Assembly (NCBI GenBank): GCA_038087875.1
Contig: CM075998.1
Location: 1,364,001-1,428,000 of the forward strand
Origin: Malacoraja senta
Taxonomy: Eukaryota
Direction of reading: 5' to 3'
DNA length: 64,000 bases
The translations under genes and the position numbers were made by a program. A model generated the notes under the pieces. That model was not told where the DNA came from. It saw nothing but the letters and a program-made list of their open reading frames with translations, and did no database searches. Within the stretch, counting starts at the first letter, position 1, and every line of letters begins with the position of its first letter. This document shows positions 63,011 to 64,000 of the stretch, in pieces.

Positions 63011-64000
63011 TTACTTCTGGTTAGGGATTTATGCTGAGATCCCATGTGGGCATGAAATTGCCTGGATGTGCTTAATATGAGAACTCTATATAACATAGCT
63101 CTGTATCTGGTATTCAGACTTACAGTAATTATCTGCACATCTTTTCAATTGTCATTTACCGGATAATCTATAATGTGATTCTTATATATTTTGCAGTGTA
63201 GTATCGTGCCATCCATTGTGGCATTGCGCTGTCAATTGAGGCGTGGTTTTGATTTATTACATGTGGCACAGTGCCATCCATTATGGTGTGATGTAGTGCT
63301 ATTACCTACCTCTGCCTGGCAATCTTCATTCCAGTATGGTGTAGTGCCATAACTGATACCATTGTTTACATGAAAATTGTTTGGCAAACCTTTGTTTATA
63401 GGGTAGGGAAGATGGTTGAGGGGGGGGGGGGGGGTGAGGGGGAAAGAAAAGAACCTGTGAAAGCCACACATCATTTTTGCAGCAGTTACTATACATTGCA
63501 CGCAAGTAATGGAATGCAATATGATTTGATCTGATCACTGCCATTGTTTGATCTTCAAGCACATTATAATGAAAATTGGGTTTTTCCAGGATTCATTGAT
63601 AAAGAAAAGTAATTATTTTATTGATTAAATCTTGACGTCATTTGTCTTATCAAGTGAAATCTGTAAACTGCATTAGGTACTGAAAAACAGATGTTAATTT
63701 AATTTAATCTAATGTGGCTAGACATTCAAAGTAATGATCTTACCTCTGGACTTGCTTTGAAATATATAGGATCTGTCTGTTAATTTACCAAATTTAATGT
63801 CCAGCTAGCCTTTCTGCTTCAGTAGTGAAAACAGTTGAGGCATTGTTCCCCAAAGCTCTCTTGCTGTTGAGAAATAAAATAAAAGCTCTCACCCACAAAT
63901 TTCACTGTTCAGTTCCTAAACTCAAGATAAGAATCTGCAATAAAAACAGTGTCCAAATACTAAGCAGATTTAGGCAGCATCTGTGGAGATAGAAACGGAG

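Overview
Eukaryotic, repeat-rich vertebrate DNA. The repeat set (CR1/HER1-type LINEs, HE1-type tRNA SINEs, Deu-domain SINEs, Penelope-derived short repeats) points to a cartilaginous fish; this is an inference. There are three N-runs (829-1166, 9236-9435, 10428-11273). One protein-coding gene is clearly recognisable on the + strand: a TANK-family NF-kB/TBK1 adaptor in three phase-compatible coding exons (45468/45478-45589, 47452-48038, 52075-52254). It carries a TBK1/IKKe-binding-like helix, the PIQCT TRAF motif and a C-terminal UBZ-type zinc finger. I found no exons for the N-terminal coiled coil, so it may be a short (~292 aa) paralog, possibly driven by a kB/IRF motif cluster at ~37.85 kb. 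A second, unidentified gene probably starts at a CpG-rich promoter near 21.2-21.8 kb and runs on the - strand; one of its candidate exons spans the first gap. The most striking non-genic signal is about 20 Penelope-derived short repeats carrying a minimal hammerhead ribozyme core (CTGAAGA-A-GGGT[loop]ACCC-GAAACGTH). Several occur as ~93-bp monomers or fold-back dimers with clean 11-17 bp target-site duplications, and a Penelope RT/GIY-YIG remnant lies at 24.1-24.9 kb. Also present: a hAT-type MITE, a Tc1 remnant, Rex-type LINE fragments and several degenerate minisatellites. All calls are by eye; no searches were run.
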